In this document: positions 10,330 through 20,424 of the stretch, piece by piece
Layout of the letters: each line of letters starts with the position of its first letter
Position numbering within the stretch: the stretch's first letter is position 1
Assembly: GCA_963422645.2 (NCBI GenBank)
Contig: CAXXVO010000017.1
Coordinates: 234,553 to 298,552 of the forward strand
Reading direction: 5' to 3'
Source of the DNA: Alphaproteobacteria bacterium
Lineage (GTDB): Bacteria > Pseudomonadota > Alphaproteobacteria > UBA828
Length of the DNA: 64,000 nt
Program-made: the position numbers and the translations under genes
Notes under the pieces: model-generated
The model's input: only the letters and a program-made list of their open reading frames with translations
What the model was told of the DNA's origin: nothing
The model's database searches: none

Positions 10330-11241
10330 TCACCCCGCCGCCCGCCGCTCCGGCGCGCTCTCGGTGTCGAGATCGCGGTGGCGCAGCGTGATCTGCCAGC
10401 GCCCGCCGCCCAGCGTCTGGGCCAGATGCTCCGCCACGGCGACCGAGCGATGCCGCCCGCCCGTGCATCCAAGCGCGATCGTGAGGTAGGAGCGCCCGTC
10501 CCGCTCGAAGGCCGGAAGCAGCGGCCTGAACATCGCCACCATGCCCTCGAAGAACGAGCCGTAGGCCGGGTCGTCCCGCACGTGGCGCGCGACCTCGGGT
10601 TCGCGCCCGGTGAGCGGCCGGAGTGTCGGCACATGGTGAGGGTTTGTGAGGAAGCGGACATCGAACACGAAGTCGGCGTCCGGCGGCACGCCGCGGCTGT
10701 AGGCGAAAGAGAGCACGAAGATCGCGCGCGCCCGCTTGGACTCCGGCTCGAAGCGCGCAGCAATGATGCTGCGCAGATCGCGGACGGAAAGCCGGCTCGT
10801 GTTGAGGGTGATATCCGCACGGTCGCGGACCCAGCCGAGCAGTGCGCGCTCGCGCGCAATTCCCTCAACGACCGGCTGGTCATGCGCCAGCGGGTGCGGG
10901 CGGCGGGTCTCGCTGAAGCGTCGGCGCAGCACCTCGGTCTCGCAGTCGAGGAAGAGCAGGGCGATCTCGCCGGGCCCGCCCGTGCCGAGCAAGGGCTCGA
11001 GATAGCGCTCGATCTCGCCGGGATCGAATCCCCTGGTGCGTGAATCGATGCCGAGCGCGAGCGCGCCCCGCTGCCCGTTCTCGCCCCGCGCTTGGACCAG
11101 TTCCGAGAGCATCGAGAGGGGCAGGTTGTCGATCGCCTCGTAGCCGAGGTCTTCCAGAATCTTGAGCGCCGTCGACTTGCCGGCGCCGGACATTCCGGTC
11201 ACCAGAACGAGGGTGCGATCGCCGGAGGGCTCAATACCCAT
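10330..11241 (-). CDS. rapZ: RNase adapter RapZ
   Basis: VTGMSGAGKS, DNLP, RRFSETRRPHPL, FDVRFL and GCTGGRHRSV motifs. Confidence 0.95.
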   Translation of the reverse strand: MGIEPSGDRTLVLVTGMSGAGKSTALKILEDLGYEAIDNLPLSMLSELVQARGENGQRGALALGIDSRTRGFDPGEIERYLEPLLGTGGPGEIALLFLDCETEVLRRRFSETRRPHPLAHDQPVVEGIARERALLGWVRDRADITLNTSRLSVRDLRSIIAARFEPESKRARAIFVLSFAYSRGVPPDADFVFDVRFLTNPHHVPTLRPLTGREPEVARHVRDDPAYGSFFEGMVAMFRPLLPAFERDGRSYLTIALGCTGGRHRSVAVAEHLAQTLGGGRWQITLRHRDLDTESAPERRAAG

Positions 11242-11693
11242 CAGCCAGCCGAGCGTTCTGCCTGCGCCTGCTGGCCGACGGCAGCGACACGCGAGAGCGC
11301 GAGCCGAAGCTTCGCCGGCGTGGACGCCTCGAATGGGGCAAGCATCACGTGCGCGATCCGATGACCGCAGAGTTCGACGGTCGCAGCCTCCGGCATACGC
11401 TCCACCGCGTCGGGCTGGACCAGGTCGACCACCAGCTGGACCGGGCATTGATGCACGAACTCCATCGAGACGATCCCGATTCCTCGCACTTCGAGCAGTC
11501 CCGCGATACGCGACGGTGGCGCCGCGAGCAACGCCTCGCCGCTGCTCGTCAACGCAACTTGATCGTCAGCGACGAGTCGCGCGCCGCCCTCGATCAGGCG
11601 CAGCGCGAGGTCGGACTTGCCGGCGCCGGGGGCGCCGCGCAGCAGAACGCCCTTGCCCGCCAGGGCGACGCAGCTGGCATGGACCAGAACCAT
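11241..11693 (-). CDS. hprK: Short alphaproteobacterial HPr kinase/phosphorylase
   Basis: HASCV, GAPGAGKSDLAL, LVADD and LLEVRGIGI motifs. Confidence 0.9.
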   Translation of the reverse strand: MVLVHASCVALAGKGVLLRGAPGAGKSDLALRLIEGGARLVADDQVALTSSGEALLAAPPSRIAGLLEVRGIGIVSMEFVHQCPVQLVVDLVQPDAVERMPEAATVELCGHRIAHVMLAPFEASTPAKLRLALSRVAAVGQQAQAERSAG

Positions 11694-11740
11694 CGGGCGA
11701 CCGTGCGGCCCGGCGCGACGGCTGTCAATCGGCCGGGCTC

Positions 11741-12205
11741 TCACGCCCGCGAGGTGTCGGCCGCAGCGGTGAGCACGGCATAAAGCGCCTCCGCGTTGTC
11801 GGCGCCGCGCAAGCGCGCGCATACACGGTGGTCGCGCAGCAGGCGCGAGACCAGCGCCAGCGCCTTCAGATGATCCGATCCTGCAGAATCCGGCGCGAGC
11901 AGCAGGAAAATGAGGTCCACCGGCTTCCCGTCCACCGCGTCGAACTCGATGGGCTCCCGCAGGCGGGCAAACACCGCCGAAAGCTGCGTCAGACTGGCGA
12001 GCCTGCCATGCGGGATTGCAACCCCGTCACCGACCCCGGTCGAGCCCAGACGCTCGCGTGCGAGCAGCAGGTTGAGGACGTCCCGCTCCTCATGCGCCGT
12101 CTGCGCCGCGGCGATGGCGGAAAGCTGCTGCAGCGCCTGCTTCTTGCTGCCTGCTTTCACGTCGTCCAGGACGCCGCTCAATGGCAAGAGGTCCGCAATC
12201 TCCAT
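11741..12205 (-). CDS. ptsN: PTS IIA nitrogen-regulatory protein
   Basis: RERLGSTGVGDGVAIPH and PVDLIFLLLAP motifs. Confidence 0.95.
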   Translation of the reverse strand: MEIADLLPLSGVLDDVKAGSKKQALQQLSAIAAAQTAHEERDVLNLLLARERLGSTGVGDGVAIPHGRLASLTQLSAVFARLREPIEFDAVDGKPVDLIFLLLAPDSAGSDHLKALALVSRLLRDHRVCARLRGADNAEALYAVLTAAADTSRA

Positions 12206-12286
12206 TCCCCGGCCGCTCTGTTGGTTGCCGTAGAAGGCAGCGCTTGGTCGCCGGTGGTGGCGGCCGATGCTCGGCCGTGACGCCCT

Positions 12287-12643
12287 TCAGTCGGCCGTCT
12301 GCGGCGACGGCTCGGCCCCGTCCGGGGCCTTCGCGCCGCGCGGGGACTTGTGATGGTCACGCAGCTTGCGCTTGTGCCGGCGCATGCGCTTCTCCAGCCG
12401 CTCGGCCGCGATGCTGAAGCTCGCCGTCATGTCGGCAGCCGACGCGTGGCTCTGAAACCTGATGCCGTGGCCGACGTGGATCATAAGGTCGGTCTCGATC
12501 ATCTGAGCCACCTTGGCGAATACCGCTTGCGCGTCGATGGCCGTGGAAAAGAATTTCCCGGCCGAGGTCTCGAGACGTCGCGTAACCTGGTCGCGAAAGC
12601 TTTCGTTGACGCTGACGTGCCGGCCTGTGATGGCGATCTGCAT
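12287..12643 (-). CDS. hpf: Ribosome hibernation promoting factor (HPF/RaiA, short form)
   Basis: MQIAITGRHV...AAERLEKRMRRHKRKL; directly upstream of ptsN. Confidence 0.88.
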   Translation of the reverse strand: MQIAITGRHVSVNESFRDQVTRRLETSAGKFFSTAIDAQAVFAKVAQMIETDLMIHVGHGIRFQSHASAADMTASFSIAAERLEKRMRRHKRKLRDHHKSPRGAKAPDGAEPSPQTAD

Positions 12644-12742
12644 GATTACCCCCGCAGTCTCGCTGCAAGGCCGATTATACGCGAGGTGGACCCAAGGCGG
12701 GAAGCGCGGCGGGCGATCCTATCGAATCCGGCGGGGCTCCGG

Positions 12743-12814
12743 TGCCGCCGGGAAGAATCGAACTTCCGGCCCCTCCCTTACCAAGGGAGTGCTCTACCCC
12801 TGAGCTACGGCGGC
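12743..12814 (-). tRNA. tRNA-Thr(GGT)
   Basis: GCCGCCGTAGCTCAGGGGTAGAGCACTCCCTT-GGT-AAGGGAG...GTTCGATTC...CGGCGGCA cloverleaf; followed by CCG, so CCA is not fully encoded. Confidence 0.95.
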
Positions 12815-12933
12815 GCGGGCGCGACCTTGCCACAGCGCCGGCCCCCCGGCAACGGCGAGCGGCAGTCTTGCCGCGAGCCACATGCATTCTCAGGATGTTG
12901 AGCTTCAGAGGGGCCGGCTCGCGATGCGAGCCG

Positions 12934-12960
12934 GAGCGAGCGCCCGCCGCCTGAGGGCAA
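12934..12960 (+). repeat. Intergenic REP-like repeat (GAGCGAGCGCCCGCCGCCTGAGGGCAA)
   Basis: Near-identical to copies at 24713-24768 and to an inverted partial copy at 24531-24547. Confidence 0.6.
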
Positions 12961-12969
12961 TGAATAAAG

Positions 12970-14857
12970 GTAACTGCCCAGGTTCTTGCTGTGAAAATTC
13001 TCTGGGATTCGGCACAACGCTACCCACGCGACGCCCGTGTGCTCCTCTGGGGTCGCCGGGTTTCACAGCTCACGATGCCCCTCTTGCGGACTGCGACCGG
13101 TAAGCTACCCCGATGTGGCCCGAAGTCCGCCCGCGCGACGGGCACCGATTTTCATTCTATGGGGTGGTCCAGCACGGCGTCGACCATGATCGTTTATGAG
13201 AATGGCTCCGCTGTTGGAGAACCCGTGCCAGGTGAGCTTACGCGCACTTGACGGTGGCGATGAGCCGATCCGATGGGCTGGTCAGGGCTTCGATGATATT
13301 CCAGCCCTGCTTTCTGGCGGTGGTGATGACGCTGCGCAGGATGGCGAAGTTCTCGGCCCCCTGCGCGGACCGGAAGCCCCCGGAGATCTTCTGGCGCAGC
13401 TTCATCATCCGAAGGTCGCGCTCGGCCTCGTTGTTCGTGAACCCGACCTCGAGGTCGATCAGGAACCGGAGCACCGCGCATTTGTGGTCGCGCAGCCTCA
13501 AGGCCAGATTGTGACCGATCCTTCGCTTCCGGCGCTTCTTCCTCTTGCCAGGCGAGAACGGTGGTTGGCTCTCGTGAAAGGCCAGCGCATCGGCGATGAT
13601 CTCGTCGTATCGGCGCTCGATCAGCGCCACAAGCCTCGCCGGAACGGCGATATCCTTGTCCAGCGCGATGCGGGCGGCGCGATTGGCTCGGCGCAGGAGC
13701 TGCTGCATCCGCCGGGCCCAAGCCTCCCCTTCGATGTCCACCAGCGCCTGCAACTCCCGCAGGTGATGGGCGTTGCACAGGCCGTGCTCCACCCCTTCCA
13801 TCGCGAAGTACGGCTTCCAGTGATCGTGCACGACGATGCCGGAGACACCCGAGAGCAGGGCGCCGCGCTTGCCGCTGACCCGGTACGCCGCCAGCAGCGG
13901 CGTGCAGATCACATGAAGCCACTGCGTCTGACCGCCGATCCGCAAGCCGGTCTCGTCCATGTGTTTCACCCGCGCCGTGCCCGCCGCCAGGTCCTGTATG
14001 TGCAAGGCCGCGTCCCGCAGCCGCTCGGCCGCCCTCTCGCTCATCGTCGCCAACGTCGCAGCCGTCACCGGCGCGCCGAAGAGCTCGGCCATCACCTGCG
14101 ACAGCCGATCCTCCGGCAGGAAGTGAGCGTGCTGAAGGTAGACCGCCACCCCGGCAATGCGCGGGCCGTACTGCACCGGCGCCGACACCCCGTCGGGGAA
14201 CGCCGCCCGGGTCACCGTCCCGCAATGCCCGCAGCACTTGGCATGCGCCCGGTGCTCGGTCACCTCCAGGGGGCTCGGCTCGGGCAGATCGAACACCTGG
14301 CGGGCGACGGGCGTTCCCGCCCTGGCCGCGTCCGAAAGCGGCGAACCGCATCCCTTGCAGGAAGCCGGGACGTGATCCTTCACCCGATCCGGGTGATCGG
14401 CGCGGCGCAGCGTCTTGCCCTTGTGGCCGGGCTGGCCACCGGGCTTGCGGCCCGATTTGCCGCGCAGGCTTCGGGTTCGCCGCTTCGAATTCGGCTTCCT
14501 CAGCCCATCGCTCGAAGGCGGCTTGCCGCTGTTGCCGCTGTTGAGGCCGAGACGGCGCTCCAACTCCTCGATGCGCTCGACGAGACGCGCGACTTGCTCT
14601 TCCAGCCGCGCGTTCTGCTGCCGAAGCCAGGCATTTTCCTCCCGAAGCCGGGCGTTCTCCTCCTCCAGGCGGGCGATCTTCTGCGCGGGCGTTTCGGGCG
14701 CTGCTCCCGTCGAAGGGCCGCGCGGCGACTCGGGATTGCTCATGTCGTTGTTGAGTCATTTCCCGAAATTCCCGTCAAGCCCTTTCCACCAACTCCGAAC
14801 GAGAAACGCCTCAATCCACTGGCCCAAAATGACAAATCAGACGACCTGGGCAGTTAC
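12970..14857 (-). mobile_element. IS66-family insertion sequence (single ORF, ISBst12-like), 1,888 bp
   Basis: 14-bp TIR GTAACTGCCCAGGT (12970-12983) / ACCTGGGCAGTTAC (14844-14857); 8-bp TSD GAATAAAG at 12962-12969 and 14858-14865. Confidence 0.95.
13238..14743 (-). CDS. IS66 family transposase
   Basis: Coiled coil followed by NSGKPPSSD; CxxC/CxxC zinc ribbon; DDE motifs HMDETG, VHDHW, TNNEAERDLR. Confidence 0.95.
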   Translation of the reverse strand: MSNPESPRGPSTGAAPETPAQKIARLEEENARLREENAWLRQQNARLEEQVARLVERIEELERRLGLNSGNSGKPPSSDGLRKPNSKRRTRSLRGKSGRKPGGQPGHKGKTLRRADHPDRVKDHVPASCKGCGSPLSDAARAGTPVARQVFDLPEPSPLEVTEHRAHAKCCGHCGTVTRAAFPDGVSAPVQYGPRIAGVAVYLQHAHFLPEDRLSQVMAELFGAPVTAATLATMSERAAERLRDAALHIQDLAAGTARVKHMDETGLRIGGQTQWLHVICTPLLAAYRVSGKRGALLSGVSGIVVHDHWKPYFAMEGVEHGLCNAHHLRELQALVDIEGEAWARRMQQLLRRANRAARIALDKDIAVPARLVALIERRYDEIIADALAFHESQPPFSPGKRKKRRKRRIGHNLALRLRDHKCAVLRFLIDLEVGFTNNEAERDLRMMKLRQKISGGFRSAQGAENFAILRSVITTARKQGWNIIEALTSPSDRLIATVKCA

Positions 14858-14901
14858 GAATAAAGTATCAGTGAGGCCTTGACCGCCGCGGCGACTCCAC
14901 T

Positions 14902-14936
14902 ATATTGCGTCGCAACATGATGCTGCACTGCAATAT
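14902..14936. promoter_or_regulatory. Probable PhaR operator upstream of the phasin gene
   Basis: ATATTGCGTCGCAACAT-GAT-GCTGCACTGCAATAT: paired TGC-N3-GCA palindromes typical of phasin promoters. Confidence 0.65.
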
Positions 14937-14999
14937 GACGCGTTTTCGTGGAGCGGCGCGCATCGCCTGGAACAATCCCCAACCGAGAGGGTGAAAGCG

Positions 15000-15416
15000 A
15001 TGACCACCAAATCCGAAACAGCGAGCAAGGCCACCGCGTCCGGCCCCAAGACCCCCTGGAACGGCGCCCTGCCCTTCGAGACCATTGCCGAGGAGAGCCG
15101 TGCGAGCTTCGGCAGCGTCGTCGAGGCTTCGACCATCGCAGCGAAGGGCTACGGCGCCATCGGCAACGCCTGGTTCGACTTCGCCAAGGAGGCGATGGCC
15201 GCCCAGGCCGGCGTGGCCGAGGCGCTGATGGGTGCGCGCAGCTGGGCCGAGCTCACCGAGGCCCAGACCGGGGCTGCAAAGGGTGCCTTTGAGCGCACGA
15301 TGACGGCCGGCAACCGCATTGCGGACATGACCGTCAAGACCGCCGGCGACGCGATGGAGCCGATCCGCGCACGCGCCGAGGATGTGGTCGAGCGCTACGG
15401 CAAGTCCGCCGTCTAA
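15000..15416 (+). CDS. Phasin (PHA granule-associated protein)
   Basis: 138-aa Ala-rich helical protein (ARSWAELTEAQT...AMEPIRAR); PhaR-like site upstream. Confidence 0.8.
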   Translation: MTTKSETASKATASGPKTPWNGALPFETIAEESRASFGSVVEASTIAAKGYGAIGNAWFDFAKEAMAAQAGVAEALMGARSWAELTEAQTGAAKGAFERTMTAGNRIADMTVKTAGDAMEPIRARAEDVVERYGKSAV

Positions 15417-15437
15417 CGGCGCCCGACACCCCTTACC

Positions 15438-15469
15438 AAGGGCCCGGAGCCGCACGGTTCCGGGCCCTT
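15438..15469. terminator. Hairpin terminator between convergent phasin and purN
   Basis: AAGGGCCCGGAGCCG-CA-CGGTTCCGGGCCCTT. Confidence 0.75.
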
Positions 15470-15472
15470 CGC

Positions 15473-16126
15473 TTAAGGGCTTGGCGCCGGGTTGATGAGA
15501 GCACCGCCCGGTGCCTCCGCGTCTATGACGCAGCGCTCGCCCACGAGCGAAACGCGGCGCTCGGCAATCAGGCGAACGGCGAGCGGCAGGCAGCGATGCT
15601 CCTCGCGCAACACCCGGGCCGCGAGCGTCTCGACTGTATCGTCTGGCAAGACCGGGACTGCCGCTTGAACGATGATCGGCCCGTTGTCCACCTCGGGCCG
15701 CACGAAGTGGACCGTACAACCGGCAAAGCGAACCCCGGCCTCGATGGCCCTGGCGTGGGTGTCGAGCCCCTTGAATGCGGGCAGCAAGGAAGGGTGGATG
15801 TTGATCAGCCGGTCGCGCCAGCGCTCGACGAACTCGGCCGTGAGCACACGCATGAAACCCGCAAGGCAGACCAGCCCGACACCGCTCGCCTCGAGCGCCT
15901 GGGAGAGCGCCTGCTCGAAGGCCGCGTGGGAGCCATACCCCCTGTGGTCGATCGCCCGATGGGGCAGGCCCGCGCGTTCAGCTCGCGTGAGTCCGAAGGC
16001 GTCGGCCCGGTTGGAAAGCACCAGCACGATCTCGCTCTCGGCTTCCGCGCGCGCGCAATCGTCGATGAGGGCCTGCAGATTGGTCCCGCTGCCCGAGATC
16101 AGGACTCCAACTTTCAGCTGCGCCAT
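15473..16126 (-). CDS. purN: Phosphoribosylglycinamide formyltransferase
   Basis: VLISGSGTNLQAL, LAGFMRVL, INIHPSLLPAFKG and GCTVHFV motifs. Confidence 0.96.
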   Translation of the reverse strand: MAQLKVGVLISGSGTNLQALIDDCARAEAESEIVLVLSNRADAFGLTRAERAGLPHRAIDHRGYGSHAAFEQALSQALEASGVGLVCLAGFMRVLTAEFVERWRDRLINIHPSLLPAFKGLDTHARAIEAGVRFAGCTVHFVRPEVDNGPIIVQAAVPVLPDDTVETLAARVLREEHRCLPLAVRLIAERRVSLVGERCVIDAEAPGGALINPAPSP

Positions 16127-16253
16127 GTGGTCTCCCGCCGACTTCCGGCCGCTGCCGGTCGCTTGGATGCAGACGCCATGATACCCTGCCGTCCGGGTTT
16201 CAGGCCGCCGCCGGCCGCAAGACGTGACGTCAGTGAGTACTCCGAGCTCAACC

Positions 16254-17444
16254 ATGTGTGGACCAGCCCGCATCGCGCTCTTGTGCGCGCTGGTGCTGCT
16301 CCTCGCCTGCGGCACGGCACGCGCGAATTCTGTGTTCACCGTGGCGCACGTTCCCATCGATGCCGAGGCCGCATCGGCGGCGGAGGCGCGGGAGCTCGCC
16401 ATCGCCGCGGGCCAACGCGCCGCGCTGGAGACCCTGCTGCGCCGCCTCACGGTCGCGGGCACGGCTCTGCCGGCGCCTGCCGAAGAGCCCATCGCGGCGA
16501 TGATGGCGGGCTTCGCGATCGATCGCGAGCTGGTCTCGACCACCCGCTACCGCGCGTTGCTGACCGTGGATTTCGACCCGGCCGAGGTGCGCTGGCTGCT
16601 GCGCGAGAGCGGCATCGCCTATGCCGAGACCGTGAGCAAGCCCGTGTTGGTGGTGGCGGTTCAGCGCGACCCCGGCGGCATCCTGCTGTGGGAGGACGGC
16701 AATCGCTGGCGGCGGGCGTGGGAGGAGCGCCCCCTGCATGGCGGCCTGGTGCCTATCCTCCTGCCGCTCGGCGATGTCATCGATCTCGGCACGGTCGATG
16801 CCGCGCAGGCGTTGGCGTCGGATGCTGACACTCTCACCGCGCTCGCCGCGCTTTACGGCTCGAGCGAAGTCGCCGTCGCCATCGCCGGCCTTTCCGGCTC
16901 CGCTGCCGTCGCAAAACCGTCTGCGCCTGCCGCACCGGGGGCGGAGGGCGCCGACAACGATGCCCCGGCCGCAGGCCGCGCCCTTACGCTCTCGCTGCGC
17001 CGGATCGCTGAGGACGAGAGCCAGGCCATCCAGAAGACGCTGATCGGCCGCGCGGGGGAGAGCGAGCGGGCGCTGCTCAAGCGCGGCACCGACCGGGTCG
17101 TCACCCTGCTGGAGGATGACTGGAAGGCCACCAATCTGATCCGCTACGACGAGCAGCGGGCGCTTCGGGCGACGGTGCCGATCGCCGGCCTCGGCGAATG
17201 GGTGTCGATCCAACAGCGCATTGCGGCGCTCGCCATGGTTGCATCGGTCGAAATCGACTCCCTCTCGCTGCGCGAGGGGCGGGTCACGCTCCGCTTTCAC
17301 GGCACAGAGGACCAGCTCCGCCTCGCCCTCGGCCAGAATGACCTCGATCTCGCGCCTGAGGCGGATAAATGGGTTCTGCGTCCCCGCGCCGAGCCGCCGA
17401 ATCCGGTGGCGCCCGATGCGCTCGCGCCGGGTGAGGGCGAGTGA
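16254..17444 (+). CDS. Exported DUF2066-like protein
   Basis: Signal peptide; VFTVAHVPIDAEA...ARELAI; usual position between pur genes and hdaA. Confidence 0.7.
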   Translation: MCGPARIALLCALVLLLACGTARANSVFTVAHVPIDAEAASAAEARELAIAAGQRAALETLLRRLTVAGTALPAPAEEPIAAMMAGFAIDRELVSTTRYRALLTVDFDPAEVRWLLRESGIAYAETVSKPVLVVAVQRDPGGILLWEDGNRWRRAWEERPLHGGLVPILLPLGDVIDLGTVDAAQALASDADTLTALAALYGSSEVAVAIAGLSGSAAVAKPSAPAAPGAEGADNDAPAAGRALTLSLRRIAEDESQAIQKTLIGRAGESERALLKRGTDRVVTLLEDDWKATNLIRYDEQRALRATVPIAGLGEWVSIQQRIAALAMVASVEIDSLSLREGRVTLRFHGTEDQLRLALGQNDLDLAPEADKWVLRPRAEPPNPVAPDALAPGEGE

Positions 17445-17451
17445 GGCACCC

Positions 17452-18156
17452 ATGGCGGCCAAGACAGAACTCGGATGGCAACGCACCTTCGACTGGGGCG
17501 TCCGTCCCGCGCTGGGACGGGAGGATTTTCTGGTCGCACCCTGCAACGAGGCTGCAGTCGCCTGGCTCGACCGTTGGCCGGACTGGCCAGGCCCCCCGCT
17601 CGTAATCTACGGGCCCCCCGGCTCAGGCAAGAGCCATCTCGCCGAAGTGTGGCGCAGGCGGAGCGGCGCCGAGATTCTCCCTGCGGCAGGGCTCTCAGAG
17701 GCGCAGCCCGAAGCCGGAAGGACGCCGGCGCTGGTCATCGACGGTCTGGGCGGGTCGGTCGACGAGCGCTCTCTCCTGCACATCTACAACGCCATCGCCG
17801 AGCGGGGCGGCCATCTGCTGCTCACCGCCCGAACCCCGCCGGCGCGCTGGCCGCTCACGCTCCCCGATCTTGCCTCCCGGCTGAGGCTCGCGCCGGCAGC
17901 GGCGCTCGGCCTGCCCGACGATGCGTTGCTCGGCGCCCTGATGCTCAAGCTCTTCGCCGACCGGCAGATCACGGTGGCACCCGAAGTGCCGGCCTACGTC
18001 GTGCCGCGCATCGAGCGGACCTTCGAGGCCGTGGCCCGCCTGGTCGACCGCCTCGACCGAGCGGCGCTCGCCGAAGGCAGGGCGGTCACCGTGCCGCTCG
18101 TGCGCACGGTGCTTGCCCTGGGCGAGGGCGGATCCGAGGCACCGCCGCACGCTTGA
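17452..18156 (+). CDS. hdaA: DnaA regulatory inactivator HdaA
   Basis: EDFLVAPCNEAA, GPPGSGKSHLA, LPDLASRL and KLFADRQI motifs. Confidence 0.9.
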   Translation: MAAKTELGWQRTFDWGVRPALGREDFLVAPCNEAAVAWLDRWPDWPGPPLVIYGPPGSGKSHLAEVWRRRSGAEILPAAGLSEAQPEAGRTPALVIDGLGGSVDERSLLHIYNAIAERGGHLLLTARTPPARWPLTLPDLASRLRLAPAAALGLPDDALLGALMLKLFADRQITVAPEVPAYVVPRIERTFEAVARLVDRLDRAALAEGRAVTVPLVRTVLALGEGGSEAPPHA

Positions 18157-18261
18157 TTCACGGGACCACCCGGGCCCGCGCGATTTTGTCAGGGTGCCGT
18201 AATGACCGTATTGTAAGACGCCGCAAATCAAGCCAAGTAGAAGGGACGCGGGGGTAGCCGA

Positions 18262-20424
18262 ATGGCGGAAGCCAAGCGGGCCGAGCAGGCGGAAAGCTTC
18301 GCGCCGGCCGACAAGTTCATCAACCGTGAGCTGAGTTGGCTCGCCTTCAACGAGCGCGTGATGGAGGAGGCCGAGAACCTCGATCATCCCGTGCTCGAGC
18401 GGCTGCGCTTCCTCTCGATCTCCGGATCGAACCTTGATGAGTTCTACATGGTCCGCGTGGCGGGCCTGCACGGTCAGGTCGAGGCGGGCATCCTCGAATC
18501 GTCCCAGGACGGCCTGAGCCCCGTTGCGCAAATCCGCGCCGTCATCGCGCGCGCCAATGCGCTGATGGCCCAGCAGCAGGAGCGCTGGCTCGCACTCCGC
18601 GGGGAGCTGGCCGAGGCTGGCATCACAATCCTCTCGGCCGACCGGCTCCGGGGCGACGAAGGGCGGTGGCTCGACGACTACTTCATCGATCGCCTCTTTC
18701 CGGTGCTGACACCGCTCGCCATCGACCCGGCCCATCCGTTTCCGTTCATTCCAAATCTGGGTTTCAGTCTGGCGCTCGAGCTGGTGGAGGAAGGCACCCG
18801 GCGTCAGCTGCCGTCGTTGGTGCGCATTCCCAGCCAGGTGGAACGCTTCATCCGCCTGCCCGAGGGTGAACGGGGCGAGATCCGCTTCATCGCGCTCGAG
18901 GACGTGGTGGAGCTCTATCTCCACCGACTCTTCCCCGGCTATTCTGCGCGCGCGGTGGGTCAGTTCCGCATCGTCCGCGACAGCGATATCGAGCTGGAGG
19001 AGGAGGCGGAGGACCTGGTGCGCTCGTTCGAGAGCGCGCTCAAGCGGCGCCGGCGCGGCAGCGTCATCCGGCTTGAAGTGGATTCCACAATGCCGTTGAG
19101 CATGTTGGACTTCCTCGCCGACCAGCTTCACGTCGACCGGCGCGACGTGGTCAAGGTCGAAGGGATTCTGGGGCTTGCGGACACGTCCATGCTCATCAAG
19201 TGCAGCCGGGCCGACCTCGAATTCCGGCCCTACCTGGCGCGCTTCCCCGAGCGGATCCGGGATTTTGGCGGCGATTGCTTCGCCGCGATCAAGGCCAAGG
19301 ACATCGTCGTCCACCACCCCTACGAGAGCTTCGACGTGGTCGTCCAGTTCCTGCGACAGGCAGCGCGGGACCCGGATGTGATTGCGATCAAGCAGACGCT
19401 CTATCGCACCAGCAACAATTCCCCCATCGTCAACGCGTTGATCGAGGCGGCGGAAGCGGGCAAGTCGGTCACCGCGCTGGTCGAGCTCAAAGCGCGCTTC
19501 GACGAGGCGGCGAACATCCGCTGGGCGCGCGATCTGGAACGCGCCGGCGCCCAGGTGGTCTACGGTTTCATGAACCTCAAGACCCACGCCAAGGCATCGT
19601 TGGTGGCCCGTCGCGAGGCTGACGGCCTGCGCAGCTACGTGCACTACGGCACCGGCAACTATCACCCGATCACTGCCGCGATCTACACCGACCTCTCTTT
19701 CTTCACCTGCGATCCGGCGCTCTGCCGCGATGCGGCGTTGCTCTTCAACTACCTGACCGGCGGGGCGGCGCCCGAGCACTACGAGAAGATCGCCGTCGCC
19801 CCGCTCGGCATGCGCAGCGCAATCCAGGAGCTGATCGAGGCGGAGACCGCTCACGCTCTGGCCGGCCGGCCGGCGGCGATCTGGGTCAAGCTCAACTCCC
19901 TGGTCGATCCCGAGGTGATCGAGGCGCTCTACGCCGCCGCCGCCGCCGGGGTCTCCATCGACCTGGTGGTGCGCGGCACCTGCTGCCTCAAACCGGGGGT
20001 GCCGGGCCTCTCGGAGAACATCCGGGTCAAGAGCATCGTCGGGCGCTTCCTCGAGCACTCCCGCATCATGTGCTTCGGTGCCGGTCACGGCCTGCCTTCG
20101 CCCGAGGCCAAGGTGTACATCTCGTCCGCTGACTGGATGGGACGCAATCTGGACCGGCGGGTAGAGGTCATGGTGCCGATCGAGAACCCGACCGTGCACG
20201 AGCAGATCCTCGACGAGATCATGACGGCGAACCTCAGGGACAACGAGCAGAGCTGGACGCTCGACGTCGGCGGCAACTTCTCGCGCTCGGGCCACGACGG
20301 CGAGCCCTTCAACGCCCACCATTTCTTCATGACCAACCCGTCGCTCTCCGGCCGCGGCACGGCGCGGCGCGAGCCGTGGCTCGCCGTGGCGAGTTCGGGC
20401 GGCGACGAGCCGGACGACGGGTGA
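18262..20424 (+). CDS. ppk1: Polyphosphate kinase 1
   Basis: [41 protein letters not shown] and RFLEHSR motifs. Confidence 0.97.
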   Translation: MAEAKRAEQAESFAPADKFINRELSWLAFNERVMEEAENLDHPVLERLRFLSISGSNLDEFYMVRVAGLHGQVEAGILESSQDGLSPVAQIRAVIARANALMAQQQERWLALRGELAEAGITILSADRLRGDEGRWLDDYFIDRLFPVLTPLAIDPAHPFPFIPNLGFSLALELVEEGTRRQLPSLVRIPSQVERFIRLPEGERGEIRFIALEDVVELYLHRLFPGYSARAVGQFRIVRDSDIELEEEAEDLVRSFESALKRRRRGSVIRLEVDSTMPLSMLDFLADQLHVDRRDVVKVEGILGLADTSMLIKCSRADLEFRPYLARFPERIRDFGGDCFAAIKAKDIVVHHPYESFDVVVQFLRQAARDPDVIAIKQTLYRTSNNSPIVNALIEAAEAGKSVTALVELKARFDEAANIRWARDLERAGAQVVYGFMNLKTHAKASLVARREADGLRSYVHYGTGNYHPITAAIYTDLSFFTCDPALCRDAALLFNYLTGGAAPEHYEKIAVAPLGMRSAIQELIEAETAHALAGRPAAIWVKLNSLVDPEVIEALYAAAAAGVSIDLVVRGTCCLKPGVPGLSENIRVKSIVGRFLEHSRIMCFGAGHGLPSPEAKVYISSADWMGRNLDRRVEVMVPIENPTVHEQILDEIMTANLRDNEQSWTLDVGGNFSRSGHDGEPFNAHHFFMTNPSLSGRGTARREPWLAVASSGGDEPDDG

